Origin: Octopus vulgaris
Taxonomy: Eukaryota
Direction of reading: 5' to 3'
DNA: 64,000 bases
Assembly (NCBI GenBank): GCA_951406725.2
Contig: OX597831.1
Span: 50,778,001-50,842,000, forward strand
In this document: piece after piece, positions 13,797 to 26,614 of the stretch
Numbering within the stretch: position 1 is the first letter of the stretch
Layout: every line of letters begins with the position of its first letter
The notes under the pieces: model-generated
Database searches by the model: none
The model's input: the letters and a program-made list of their open reading frames with translations, nothing else
Told to the model about the DNA's origin: nothing
Position numbers and translations under genes: made by a program

Positions 13797-13833
<37 letters not shown>
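13542..13833 (+). mobile_element. tRNA-derived SINE with CORE-like plus Meta/V-like body and (TAT)n tail
   Basis: gtggaggcgcgtggcttag head, ggtttcgattcc B-box, tgtgttcttgagcaaaacactt, gcgatggactggcgtcccgtcc. TSD atat(a/c)tttacaat. Confidence 0.8.
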
Positions 13834-13837
<4 letters not shown>

Positions 13838-14043
13838 CTTTACAATACTTGTACAGATACGATGTAAACAAAGTAACATTTGTTCCACATTGTTGTGTCA
13901 GTGTCTTTTTGGTGAGCTTCCATTATTCTTCGTTAATCTATGTATGGATGCCCTCATTGCTTTGGTCTAGGAAGTGTAAAATATGATTCATGACTTCATG
14001 TATACACTTTTCTTTTGCTCTAAACACTCATTGCCACTACTTA

Positions 14044-14320
14044 AGATAGGAGTTTCGTTTCAACGGGATAATACTCCAGCACACAAGACTTTGGTTTCAA
14101 TCGCTGTTGTGTGTGACTGTGGCTTTGAACTGGTTGATCACCGTTCCTGTTCTCCTGATTTGCCCTCATCTGATTAACATCTCTTCCCCAATATAAATGA
14201 AAACACTTGGCTAGGAACCAGTATTGCACCGATGATGACGTCATATCTGCTGTTGATGACTTTTTTAACCAATAGGATGAACGCTTTTTCATGAAGGGGA
14301 TCCAAGCACTGCAATACCGT
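14044..14320 (+). pseudogene. mariner transposase C-terminal fragment
   Basis: GVSFQRDNTPAHK...GFELVDHRSCSPDLPSSD*HLFP..KHLARNQYCTDDDVISAVDDFFNQ corresponds to the HQDNAPAH / YSPDLAPSD motifs. Confidence 0.8.
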
Positions 14321-15507
14321 TCGTGCGTTTATACTGGTTTTAAGGTTTTGGGCTTAGAGTTGGGGTTTTAGGGTTAGGGTTGTCATAAAGAACAGTGACA
14401 AACGAAATATACACCGTCGGAAGTTCTTGTTGACACACAACTGCAGTAATCTTATTCAGCTGAATACACGTCATTGATTGGTTGAAATTACCGAAATACG
14501 AGAACTTTAACGTGAAATAACTTCGTAAATATAAGTTTTTCTCAAAAATGCTAAGCGTAAAAGATATGATACATTCTACCAGTGTCCGAAGTTTGAAAGT
14601 GTTTAGTTACAAAAAATTATTTTTTAAATCTGTCGGTCAAAAGGTACAGATTCCGGAATTCTACTCACAAGGCACTGGTCAGCCTGTGACTAGGGTTGAA
14701 GAAGGTTTCAAAATGTGTTGCGGCGTAAAGGAACCGAACCCGAAACCAAGCGGGTATGAAGTGAACTTCTTAATCATGCAAACATGTCTCGCCCGAGCAT
14801 GACTCATGGATGCGATTTTAGGTTCTCCCGTTGATTTGTTTTAAAATATTTTCTAAAGCTGTTCTATATGATTCCATGTTACACATTTTGTTTTACTTGA
14901 TTCTTTTGTCGTATAGGAAGCACTTGATTCTTTCATTCCATAAAAACAATTCGGTGACTATTTTTGGTCTGTTTTTGTCAGGAATTTTTATATATCAATC
15001 TTATTCTTTAGAAAAGTTTTCATAAATTTTTTTAGATGAATTTTATCATACTCTTGATGGATATTAATGAAATTTTATGGAGTAACTCGTTTTTTTTCCC
15101 TAATTTCCAAGTGCTGTTGGGCTGTTTTATCATATCGATTCAATTACAGTATGGCGAGGAAAGGAATGACAATGTTATGCATAAGCAAAAATAAAAGCAA
15201 TACCTTTTTTTAATGATTTATTTTGTAAGTTCAAATATTTCTATAACTCAGTTAGTGCCTGTTCAAAACAAAATCTTCCTATTAAAAAGAAATATATAAA
15301 ATTATTAAAATATACCTGATTTTCTGTTTCTTTTGTCAAACAATTCACCGAATTACGTTTAGTCGCCACGACACTCTTGTTCACTAATGCAATAAAACTG
15401 ATGCAAAAAGAGAGCTTCTACGGGACGCAGAAACTACTAGAAATACCAGCCAAATCTCTGTTAACTTACATCTTAACTTCTTAAAGAATGAGCGATCCAC
15501 GTTAGAC

Positions 15508-15713
15508 CAGTGGTTTTCAACCGGGATTTTGTTGTCAAACTTTATCTACAATAAATTTTGTTGTCAAAATTTATCTGCAATAGATTGGTTATACTTCTAT
15601 AACAATAAAAATATAATAGGATGTTTTTAACTATAAAATGGCTATGGGTGTCCACCCAAGTAAAATCGGAATCAGAGGAGTTCATAGGCCAAGTAAATGG
15701 TTGAGAAACATTG
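15508..15713. mobile_element. hAT-type MITE
   Basis: Terminal inverted repeats cagtggttttcaacc ... ggttgagaaacattg. TSD not convincing. Confidence 0.6.
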
Positions 15714-16014
15714 CACTAGGTAGTGCCTGCTTCACTCTAGATGATAACAATCTGTGTGCATGTGTGAGCAAGCCTGGCTGTTATTTCCTTCTTGGTCTTA
15801 GAGTAACTTCCCTTTCGCAGTCCTAGTGACTTACTGTTTACTTTCTTTTGATTGATTCGCTGTCCGTTCCATTTCCTTTTCTGTAAATTTATTCATTCAA
15901 TTTTTTATTTCTTACTTGGTATGTTCTTCACTTATTCTTTGTCATATATATCAAATACTTCCCTTCACTCTTCGTTTCTATGCTCTTTGTCTATCTGCTG
16001 TCTCTCTTTCTCGC

Positions 16015-16069
<55 letters not shown>

Positions 16070-16254
16070 CACACTCAAATAACCTTAGCATTTGATTTTT
16101 TAATGTCCTTACCCCCAAACTTTTGTGAGTTGAATTAGGCAAACGCTATATATGAGAGAGATTTTCTTTAAGTATTAGAAATAGCTTTAAAAAGTTTTTA
16201 GCTGCTATTTCTAATGAGTTCAGTATGCGGCGAAGTAATTTATTTTACTAAGCC

Positions 16255-16308
<54 letters not shown>

Positions 16309-16357
16309 AACATATATATACAGACACAGACAGACAAAAACAGACATATAGACAGAC

Positions 16358-16652
<295 letters not shown>

Positions 16653-17069
16653 TGTTTTTGGTCCAGGGAAAATCCCATTATAGATGCTTTGTTTTAAAAG
16701 AGCAAAATATACTTCAGATGAGCGAAGTGAAAAACCGCAACTTCAGGCTTTTAATGACACACATACGTTAAGCATAAATTATAAAGATGTCACTCAAGAG
16801 CTGCTTATGCTGTATAATAATACACATTTTATACAACTTATGCGGTGGTATTGCAATCCAGAAATTAGTTTGTAGACTATTTACGTATTCTTCAGACTGG
16901 CTGATTCGATTTCATTTCGAAAGAAGCCCGAATAACCGCAACAACTGTGAAATAAATATCTGTCATTCTCACAGTCGCATTCGGGTTTTTAGAAAGGGAT
17001 TTTCCTTGGACGAAAAGTGCAGTTTCTGATTATCAATACATTCATGTTAAATGTGTGTGTGTGTGTGTG

Positions 17070-17143
<74 letters not shown>

Positions 17144-17274
17144 ATTGATCGAGCGTCGGCGAAAATGCAGAGCTGCTTTCCGTCGGACTCACCATGTTCT
17201 GGATTCAAATTCCTCCGAGGCCACTTTGTCTATCTATATATATATTCTTATACTCTTTTATTCTTTATATATTT

Positions 17275-17605
17275 TTAGTCATTTGACTGCAGCCATTGTG
17301 AAGCACCGACTCTAGTCGAATGAATTGACCCTAGAACTTATTCTTTGTAAGCCTAGTACTTATTCTATCGGTCTCTTTTGCCGAGCCACCAAGTTACGGT
17401 GACATAAACAGACCAACATCGGTCGTTGCCAAGCGATGGTATGGGGACAAACACATACATGACGGGTTTCTTCCAGTTTCCATTTGCCAAATCACAAGGC
17501 TTTGTTTGGCACGAGGCTATAGTAGAAGACACATTCCCAAAGTGCCACGCAGTGGGACTGAACCCAGAACCATGTGGTTGAGAAGCATGCTTCTTACCAC
17601 ATTGC
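17275..17605 (-). mobile_element. SINE family A copy
   Basis: Colinear with 299-706 (agtacttattctatcggtctcttttgccga; gccacgcagtgggactgaaccc). Confidence 0.8.
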
Positions 17606-17636
17606 CATATATATATATATATTGAATAATCATTAA

Positions 17637-18445
17637 AAGCAGTGCAATCCCAGAACCCCAAACAGTGAGAGACCTGGGCATCAGCATGTGTAGTGATGCA
17701 TCATTTTACATGCACATGGTCACGTTGACAGCAAAGTGCAGACAACTGGCAGGGTAGATACTGAGGACATTCAGATCAAGGGATCAAAGAGTTATGTTGA
17801 CTCTATGGAAGACATTTGTTCAGAGCCGCCTGGACTATTGCTCTCAATGGTAGTCACCACACAGTGTCAAGCTAACAACAGAACTCGAGGCAATTCAGCG
17901 TCACTATGCAACAAAGATCGCCGCAGTCCAGCAGATGAACTACAGGGAGCAACTGAAGGCACTAAGTCTCTAATCCCTGGAGCGCAGAAAATGCTGGAAG
18001 GACTGGTACCAAACTTTGGCATCAGGTACTATACGAATGCCCGCACAGGTCGCCACTGCATGGTACCAAGGGTACCGTCCGCTGCATCTCACATAAGAAC
18101 AAGGTATTGCAACAGCCTCGGTTTCAGAGGATCTCAGCTCTTTAATGCCCTTCCAAAACAATTGAGAGACCTGCATGACATGGATGTAGAGGTCTTCAAA
18201 ACAAAACTCGACACTTTCCTATACACGATACCAGACGAACCGATGGCACGAAATGAGACACAGTTGAGGGCACCGATGTCAAATTCTCTTATACACCAGA
18301 TGTGCCATCGAAAATCTTGATTAGACTACACCAGGTGGAGGAGAAGAGCCATGCAAGGAACGTGCAGAGAGCACAGCATAAGGTGGGAAAATCATGGTTG
18401 TGCTGCAGTACGACCGCAGTCACTTAACTGAAACGCATAAAAAAT
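17637..18445 (+). mobile_element. CR1-group LINE, 5'-truncated 3' end (RT C-terminus plus 3' UTR)
   Basis: VRDLGI...ILRTFRSRD..MLTLWKTFVQSRLDYCSQW*SP...LEAIQR...SLERR, then LGFRGSQLFNALPKQLRD...FKTKLDTFLYTIPDEP...SNSL. Stops and frameshifts are present. Confidence 0.85.
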
Positions 18446-18553
18446 ATATATGTATATATATGTATATATTTAATGTAGGATAACATTTTTTTGAAAAAGA
18501 AATTTATCAATGGCCAGCATATTAAAAATTTCCTTTAAAGGTTAAACTTATAA

Positions 18554-18616
18554 ACAACTTATATATAAGGGCAAACGAAAAATTAGAAATTTTTTCGTTT
18601 GCCCTTATTTATAAGT

Positions 18617-18619
<3 letters not shown>
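18554..18619. repeat. Short palindrome/hairpin next to (TA)n
   Basis: acaacttatatataagggcaaacgaaaa ... ttttcgtttgcccttatttataagttgt. Confidence 0.85.
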
Positions 18620-18677
<58 letters not shown>

Positions 18678-18693
18678 TGTATGTATATATGAA

Positions 18694-18883
18694 TATATGG
18701 AAAAAAGTCAAGGTAGAAAATGCAAAAATAATTTTAGAAAAACATTTCAGTACCGGTTTCAGTCATTGAGACTTTTTCAACTGTAAGAATGGAAAACAAA
18801 AAAGTCTCAATGACTGAAGCCGGTACTCAAATGTTTATTATAAAATCATTTTAGCACTTTCAACCGTGACTTTTTTCCATATA
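18694..18883. repeat. Foldback element with degenerate hammerhead-like arms
   Basis: atatggaaaaaagtca...agtaccggtttcagtcattgagactttt pairs with aaaagtctcaatgactgaagccggtact...tgacttttttccatat. Confidence 0.85.
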
Positions 18884-18913
18884 CATCAACTTGTGTGTTC
18901 CTTTTCAACCGTC

Positions 18914-18967
<54 letters not shown>

Positions 18968-19763
18968 ACGTGTTTTTTCCGTTTCTGTCAACCAGATTCA
19001 CTCACAAGGCTTTGGTCGGCCCAAGGCCATAGTAGAATTCGCTTACCCAAGGTGCCACGCAGTGAAAATAAACCCGGAACCATGTGGTTGCGAAGCAAGC
19101 TTCTTACCACACAGCCACAGTTTTCAAAACGTTTAAGACAGTATAAACCTTTACTTAAGTGTTTTGAGGCATATTTCATATTATATAGTAATTTAACCTT
19201 TTGCTTCACATTTCATGAGATCTTCATACGATGCTTGTCAAGGCATAAAGATTATCTAAAGAATATCTGACAAGCAATTAGTGTTTTTTTAAACGAAGAT
19301 AGAATCATGTTGCATATATTTACTTCGTATACCTATTTCCATTAACGATATAACCAAATATTCTGTAACTTAGCAAAATGATTTATATAGAAACAACAGC
19401 AATGTAAGATGACAGAAGTGGAGGAAGAGAAACAAGACAAAGGTTCTTAGACAGATGGAGATGAGGCTGCTGGATAGATTTACGTAAGAAAAAAAATTGT
19501 GACAAGGAATATAATACGCGAATGATATTGCTTATTTATGGGATTCTGCGGTTCGTTGGTGTGCCAAACATAACGTGTGAATACGCACTTGTAAAACATA
19601 TATATGCACACGCACGCACGCACACACACACACACAAACACACATACACACACACACAAACACACACGCGCATGTACGCGTGTACGCACACATTAATAGA
19701 AAGAGAGAGAGAAACGCATACACATACACTCACAAATATAAACTATACAGATATGCATAAATA

Positions 19764-19825
<62 letters not shown>

Positions 19826-19920
19826 TACATGTACGTGCATATATGTATGTATATGTATGTACACATATGTATGTATATATATAAATATATATATATATAT
19901 ATTTATATATATACATACAT

Positions 19921-20099
19921 AGGGAGAATTCACGAAAATAAAAAAAGACGAAGACATGTGGTGTAGAAAACAATCAGATGTATCAGTATAACGCTCGGGA
20001 ATTGAAAAAGTCTTTAACGTTTCGAGCCTACGCTCTTCAACAGAAAGGAAGACAGAAAGAAGCAAGGAGAAAAATGTGTGTAGTGGCTACCGATCTCGA

Positions 20100-20100
<1 letters not shown>
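19921..20100 (-). mobile_element. Penelope-like pseudo-LTR fragment with hammerhead-like motif
   Basis: Homologous to 7868-8058. Minus-strand ctgttga-agagc-gtag-gctc-gaaacgtt at about 20007-20047. Confidence 0.6.
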
Positions 20101-20163
<63 letters not shown>

Positions 20164-20719
20164 CGTGCATGTATGTATGTACGTGTGTTTGGAGATATCT
20201 GGATATCATAAAAGAGATCGATACACAGACAAGAAAGAAAGCAGAAGATACACTAAAACTGATACGTTTATTGACAAAACACCTTCTTACACTCAAATAC
20301 ACACACTCAAATACACCACACATGCACGCATGTACACACACACAAACTAATACACCGCGCACACACCCACACACAAATACACACATGCACATATGCACGC
20401 ACGTACATATTTATGACGTAAGAGGAGAGAAAAAGACACCGAGGCCAACATGGGTTAATGTAGATATTGGTACGCGCTAACGTAAGGTAACATAAAATAA
20501 AATGCATAGAAATTACTTTAGACTTTAGAAATCTGCAAAAGACGATTTCGGTAAAATTGTAGCGTAGCACAATTGTTAGAGTGTCAGAACGAGTGCTTTT
20601 CTTACTGTTCTGAATTCAAATTCTGGTGTCAACCTTCCCTTTCCTCCTTTTGTTACCGATTAAATAGACAACTAATTATGTACTAGACTATATTTCGTCA
20701 ACAATATCCACCTACCAAG

Positions 20720-20950
20720 GGCGGCGAGCAAGTAGAATCGTTAGCACGCCGGGCGAAATGCTTAGCGGTATTACGCCCGCCGCTACGTTCTGAGTTCAAA
20801 TTCCGCCGAGGTCGACTTTGCCTTTCATCCCTTCGGAGTCGATTAAATAAGTACCAGCTGCGCACTGGAGTTGATGTAATCGACTTAAGCCCTTTGTCTG
20901 ACCTTGTTTGTCCCCTCTTCGTTTAGTCCCCTGTGGGCAAGAAATAAATA
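20720..20950 (+). mobile_element. SINE family C, full-length copy with tail type 1
   Basis: A-box-like agtagaatcg, B-box gagttcaaatt, tail ttgtttgtcccctcttcgtttagtcccctgtgggcaagaaata. TSD aatatcca(c/t)ctac. Confidence 0.85.
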
Positions 20951-20994
20951 AATATCCATCTACACAACGTGTAAACGTACCAAAATTAGTAGAT

Positions 20995-21794
20995 ACTTGC
21001 AGTATCGCCCGGCGTTGCTCGGGTTTGTAAGGGAAATAACTATATAAGCATTTTTAGAGAGTTACTTCCCTTATATAATAGCAAAAAATGCATTAAAATG
21101 GAAAATAATGATGGTAAATTATTTTTAAAATCGTAAACTCATTGTAGACGCGCGCTAATACCCAGAAGGGCTCGATATGAATCACGACTATAAGATACCC
21201 GGTTTTGGTTAAACTGCACCGCAAAATGTGGGAGTAGTTAGGAATCTAAATCGTAGGAGACAGACATACAACTCTTTTATATATAAAGACTAGCAGTATC
21301 GCCCGGCGTTGCTCGGGTTTGTAAGGGAAATAACTATATAAGCATTTTTAGAGAGTTACTTCCATTATAGATGCCAATTCGGGCTTTCTTAGCCATTTCT
21401 GTTTTGGTGTCTTCAAGCCATGAAGTCGATGTTCTAAAAGAACGCTGGTCTCCTTGACAACGCTTTACGACGTTGATTTCCTTACACTCCCTTCCCCACA
21501 GCTTCACGAGGGAGGGAAGAAGGAGGAGAAGCAAACAGGTGCAGGTGTGACCATGGAGGCCAACTCCGCCGCCATCGACACACGAAAAATTATGCATTAA
21601 AATGGAATAAAAATGATGTTAAATTATTTTTAAAATCGTAGACTCATCGTAGACCCGCGCTAATACTCAGAAGGGCTCGATATGAATCACGACTATAAGA
21701 TACCCGCTTTTGGTTAAACTGCACCGCAAAATGTGGGAGTAGTTAGGAATCTAAATCGTAGGAGACAGACACACAACTCTTTTATATATAAAGA
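20995..21794 (+). mobile_element. Tandem dimer of a non-autonomous Helitron/HINE-like element
   Basis: Units 20995-21288 and 21289-21794 both begin act(t/a)gcagtatcgcccggcgttgctcggg (hairpin) and end caactcttttatatataaag(at). A third copy lies at 49544-49938 (-). Confidence 0.75.
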
Positions 21795-23229
21795 TATTTA
21801 GTATTGCAAATGGTTTCAATATAGCATCATGGAAAACGTCTAAATGGCTTTCAAGTGAAGAAGCCGTTGTGCATTCATTTACAGTTGTTGTTGTTGTCGT
21901 CGTCGTCGTTGTCGTTGTCGTCGTCGTCGTTTTTGTTGCTGGTCGTGGTCGTGGTGGTGTTTTTCGTGGTGGCGGTGGTGGTGGTGGTGGTTTTTGTAGT
22001 GATGTTTTACAGCACTATGTTACCTCTGATTCATTTAGAACCACAGTTTTCCAACTTCCAACACCACGTCTGTGCGTACGAGATCTGAAACTATAGTGTC
22101 CAATACGTCCTTCCTTTCTTTATGATGTCATTTATATATCATTTGAGGAGTATTTGGCACTTAAATTTTAGCAGATAGAACGACCATCCAGAAGCCGCTT
22201 CATTGACTCGTATATGTCTAGGTGTATATGAAGTTATTTAATACCAAATAAGTCGTGAATGAGTAAGCATTTGTTCAAATGTGCTACAGCTGTAACTATC
22301 CCTTTATTCATATCGATTGTATTCAGAAGATTTTTAGGTGGTAATTAGCTATTTTCTAATTGCTTTGTTTTATATTTGTGTACTTGGTCTGTGTTTCACG
22401 AACAGACGAGATTAGCAAAATCATAAGGATACCGGACAAAAAGCCGTAAACCAAATTCGCTCAGAAGACATTAGTCGGTTCGAGGTTATAGTAAAAATGA
22501 CTTGCCTAAGGTACCACGCAGTGAGACTCAACTCGAAAACACGTGGTTTTAAAAGCAAGCTTCTTAATCCCACGCCTATACCTACATCTATATGTATGCA
22601 CAATTATATTTAACACGTTCGTGTACACACAAATGTAGAATTAACATTTGCTACACTCAAATGTGGAATTTGTTTGAGGAGAGAAATGTTTCTTAAAGAC
22701 AGTCATAGTCCAGCGGTGTATAAAAACAACTAGACGTAGTAGAAACAACGAGATGTAGTACCACAAGCTCTCTTCTATTTCCCAAACTGTGTCTTTAGAT
22801 TCTTCTTGACATTGTCTAAAAATATATGTACATTTTCTTTCAGGATATTTATATTCCAGACAATTCCAACTGCTTCGTTGGGTTGTGAATAAAACAGTGA
22901 CATTTGTAAATATTTAATGCCAAGAAAATTACGTAAATATTATAAATTGGTCTTGTCAATTGTCACAAAATATCACTTTTTTTATATCCTTAATAACAGA
23001 ATTACAAATGAGAAAACGAAGGAGCCTATATGCGGCCAATTTACCAGTTAGAAACAGCAGCAAATCGCCATTAAATCACTATCTATCACCTTAGTGAATA
23101 TGATTCACAGGATAATGTTGTCCGAGATACGGTACGATGGAAAAAGTCGGAAAGGTTGCGGCAGGATGTCCTCTGATAACATCGATGTGTTCTATCAGGT
23201 GGAGCACAAAATTTAAACTAAAGTTTATA

Positions 23230-23640
23230 GTCCTTTCTAATCTAGGCACAAAGCCTTAATTTGGGGAATGGAGTGCTTATTCGATTACAGAGACTCTAAT
23301 GCTCAACTGGTACTAATTTTATCAACCCCGAAAGGGAGAAAGACTAAGTCGATTTCGGCGGAATTTGAACTCAAGATTTAAAGACGTACGAAAAGCCGGT
23401 AAGCATTTTGTCCGGCGTGCGAGCAATTCTGCCAGCTAAGCATCTCAAAGCTAAGATTAATAATCCTTTCTATTATAGGAATAAGGCCTGAAATTTAACT
23501 GGTATTTGTTTCATCGACCCCGAAAGGTTGAAAGGCAAAGACGACCTCGGCGGAATTTCAAATCAGAACCTAAAGACATAAGAAAATCCGGCAAGCATTT
23601 TTGTTCGGCATGCCAGCAATTCTGCCAGGTCATTGCCTTA
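23230..23640 (-). mobile_element. Two head-to-tail SINE family C copies
   Basis: Two reverse-complement copies with cggcggaattt(g/c)aa and aattctgccag motifs. Confidence 0.7.
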
Positions 23641-23856
23641 AAGTTAAAATTAATAATCAACATTATTAATATAACCATACGCAAAATAAGCACTTAATAT
23701 AATTGCTGTAAATGGTATTCAGACTTTTCAGATAATATTACCATTCATCTAGACAAACTCACGCAAAGAGGAACACACACAGATATATATACACTCTCTC
23801 TCGCTCTCTCGCACACTCACTCTCTCTCTTTCTCTCTCTCACTCTCTCTCTCTCTC

Positions 23857-23900
<44 letters not shown>

Positions 23901-24419
23901 TGATTCTCTCTAAAACATACACACAACTATTTTAAACTAAATACAAATCCAAAGGAATACATACACATGCAACATAAAACAAGACGAAAAGAAAACGAAC
24001 AAAAAATAAACTTAATATATTTCACATATTATTTCGTGCTTTTTATATATTTGTTCTTGTTGTTGCATTTGTTTTCTTTTTTATCAAATTTACTACGCAA
24101 ATTTCAAGTCTTTGAAGATATTGATTAAAATAATTTGACTCATAATCATCATTAAAAATATGAGATAAGACACATTTACAAAGTTAATTGTCTTCATCAG
24201 ATTAGTGGATTAAGTTTGTTTATAGCCGAGCAGAACATTGACACCAATTGTAACTTCCTATAACTAAATTAATTCTATATATAGGAAACTAGAAGATATC
24301 TGTGTGTGTGTGTATGTATATACACCTATATATACTTATAGGTGACTAATTCGTTTCCAGGAATTGACCTCAGCCCCTTGCTTTTAAGTTCCTTATCACA
24401 CAATATCGAACATGCAAAT

Positions 24420-24574
24420 ATGGCGAGGCTGTGTTGTAAGAAGATTGCTTCCCAACAACATGGTTCTGAGTTCAGTCCCACTGCAAAGCACCTTGAGCAG
24501 ATGTCTACTTCTGTAGCCTTAGCCAAATCAAAGCATTGTGAGTGCATTTGGAAGATGGAAACTGAAAAAGCGTC

Positions 24575-24575
<1 letters not shown>
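24420..24575 (+). mobile_element. SINE family A 5' part
   Basis: ggctgtgttgtaagaagattgcttcccaacaacatggttctgagttcagtcccactgcaaagcaccttgagcag. Confidence 0.7.
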
Positions 24576-24624
<49 letters not shown>

Positions 24625-25264
24625 GTATGTATATATGTATGTATGTATGCATGTATGTATATAGTACTATTCCGTTAAGGTAAGATCAAAATAGTCCAAG
24701 TGAGAGACATATATCATCACTTAATGTACGTCGTATAAAGATACGAGCAAGCCGATAGTTTCTTGCAGTGGAAACACGTGTATAAGCAGGTTTTCATAAT
24801 GACCTTTGTGTCTCCAAGCAATCTTGAAATAGAATAGACCATGTTTGCAGACCCTGAAAATTGCTTAGAGACACAAGCCGTGTTATAAAATCTTTACTAT
24901 GCACGTGTTTCCCCAGCAAGAAACTATTTGTAGCTCGTACCCTTATACTATGTACATTAAATGATGTATGTGTGAGTTTGTGTGTGCGTATGTGTGTTTG
25001 CATACATATAGATATATGCATATATATGTACTATGTTGGTGCGTTTGTTTTATATTTTTCCCACCAGAGCTTTATAATTGGTGCTGGTTCGTTTACGTCC
25101 CCGTAACGCAGTTACTCGGCAAAAGACATCGAGAGAATAAGTACCAGACTAGAAAGAGCCCTGTGGTCGATTTGTTCAACTAAACCCTCGAAGCGAGACC
25201 ACATCATGGCCGCAGTCCAATGAATGAAATAAGTAAGAGATAAAGTATATATATGTATAGTAGT

Positions 25265-25810
25265 AAACAGGGCCACTGGAACTAAACCGGGACGTGTTTT
25301 AGCTCATTTGCCATATTCTTTACGACAATGCTCCTACATGCTTTACCATCAAAGTATAAAACTTCAGTTTCGCACAGAAGGAAGTATACTAAACTTAAAT
25401 GGGCAAAAGTTTCAGATCAAAGAAAAAAACAAAACGAGGAAGCGATTCTATGTGATTTTCTATTTTCTGGTGGTTGTGCTTTGATTTCTCATACATTTGA
25501 GGTAATTCAGGAAATAGTTGACAGGTTTGCTGCGGCAGCTCCTGTATTGGAGCTGACTGTCAGCATCAAGAAGACTGAAGATATATTCCAACCAAAACTT
25601 GGAACAGAGCATAATCAATATTCAAATGTAATGATTGGCAATAAGCCACTAAAATGGGTCAGGTAATTTAAATAGCTTCGTAGTACAGTTAACTTTAAGA
25701 GTATTCTTACTGATGAAATCAATGTTAGAATATCAAAGGCTACAAGATGAACACGGTGTCAGTCTGAAAACTAAAATAAGAATATACAAACCTTGTATTT
25801 TCGTCTCCTG
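25265..25810 (+). mobile_element. RTE-clade LINE RT fragment (decayed)
   Basis: TGTKPGRVLA (GxKQGCVLAP), LCDFLFSGGCALISHT (LFADDCAL), LTVSIKKTE, FK*LRS (FKYLGS), DEINVRISKA. Homologous to 61440-62830. Confidence 0.75.
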
Positions 25811-26006
25811 ATTAGTTTGTTTTTGCATCTGTTGGCTGACTTATCTTTGTCTCTCTTGACTGGCCGCCCTTGTTGCTAGTTGGTATTTAATGTATATTTA
25901 TTACCGTTGAATTTGTTTTTAGATGTTTGTATCTTGTATTAATGTTTTTCCTTTTAGAGTTTATGGGGCAAATTTGTCGATCTCGTTGTTTTATATAAAA
26001 TTGCTA

Positions 26007-26396
26007 GTGGAGGCGCAATGGCCCAGTGGTTAGGGCAGCGGACTCGCGGTCGTAGGATCGCGGTTTCGGTTCCCAGACCGGGCGTTGTGAGTGTTTATTG
26101 AGCGAAAACACCTAAAGCTCCACGAGGCTCCGGCAGGGGATGGTGGTGATCCCTGCTGTACTCTTTCACCACAACTTTCTCTCACTCTTACTTCCTGTTT
26201 CTGTTGTACCTGTATTTCAAAGGGCCGGCCTTGTCACTCTCTTGTGTCACGCTGAATATCCCCGAGAACTACGTTAAAGATACACGTGTCTGTGGAGTGC
26301 TCAGCCACTTACACGTTAATTTCACGAGCAGGCTGTTCCGTTGATTCGGATCAACCGGAACCCTCGTCGTCATAACCGACGGAGTGCTTCCATCCC
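26007..26396 (+). mobile_element. tRNA-derived SINE family B (Nin/Deu-domain-like body), full length
   Basis: Head gtggaggcgcaatggcccagtggttagggcagcggactcgcggtc, body gtgctcagccacttacacgttaatttcacg. Exact 12-bp TSD ataaaattgcta. Confidence 0.9.
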
Positions 26397-26446
26397 ATAA
26401 AATTGCTAATTTTAGGATTATTTGTTTGTTCACAAGTTGTTGTTGC

Positions 26447-26506
<60 letters not shown>

Positions 26507-26529
26507 CATTATTATTATCATTATTATTA

Positions 26530-26584
<55 letters not shown>

Positions 26585-26614
26585 CATCAGCATCATCATC
26601 ATCATCATCATCGA

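Noticed and set aside
17736-18320. 194-aa ORF as a host gene
   Set aside because: It is a frameshift chimera of a CR1-type RT C-terminus, annotated here as a LINE.
22844-22900. Strong-looking splice acceptor ttttctttcag followed by aataaa
   Set aside because: Such motifs are common by chance in AT-rich DNA, and there is no recognisable coding sequence.
26007-26080. tRNA gene calls at SINE heads (also 13542, 35225, 62040)
   Set aside because: A/B boxes are present, but they continue into SINE bodies bounded by TSDs and I cannot build a clean cloverleaf.
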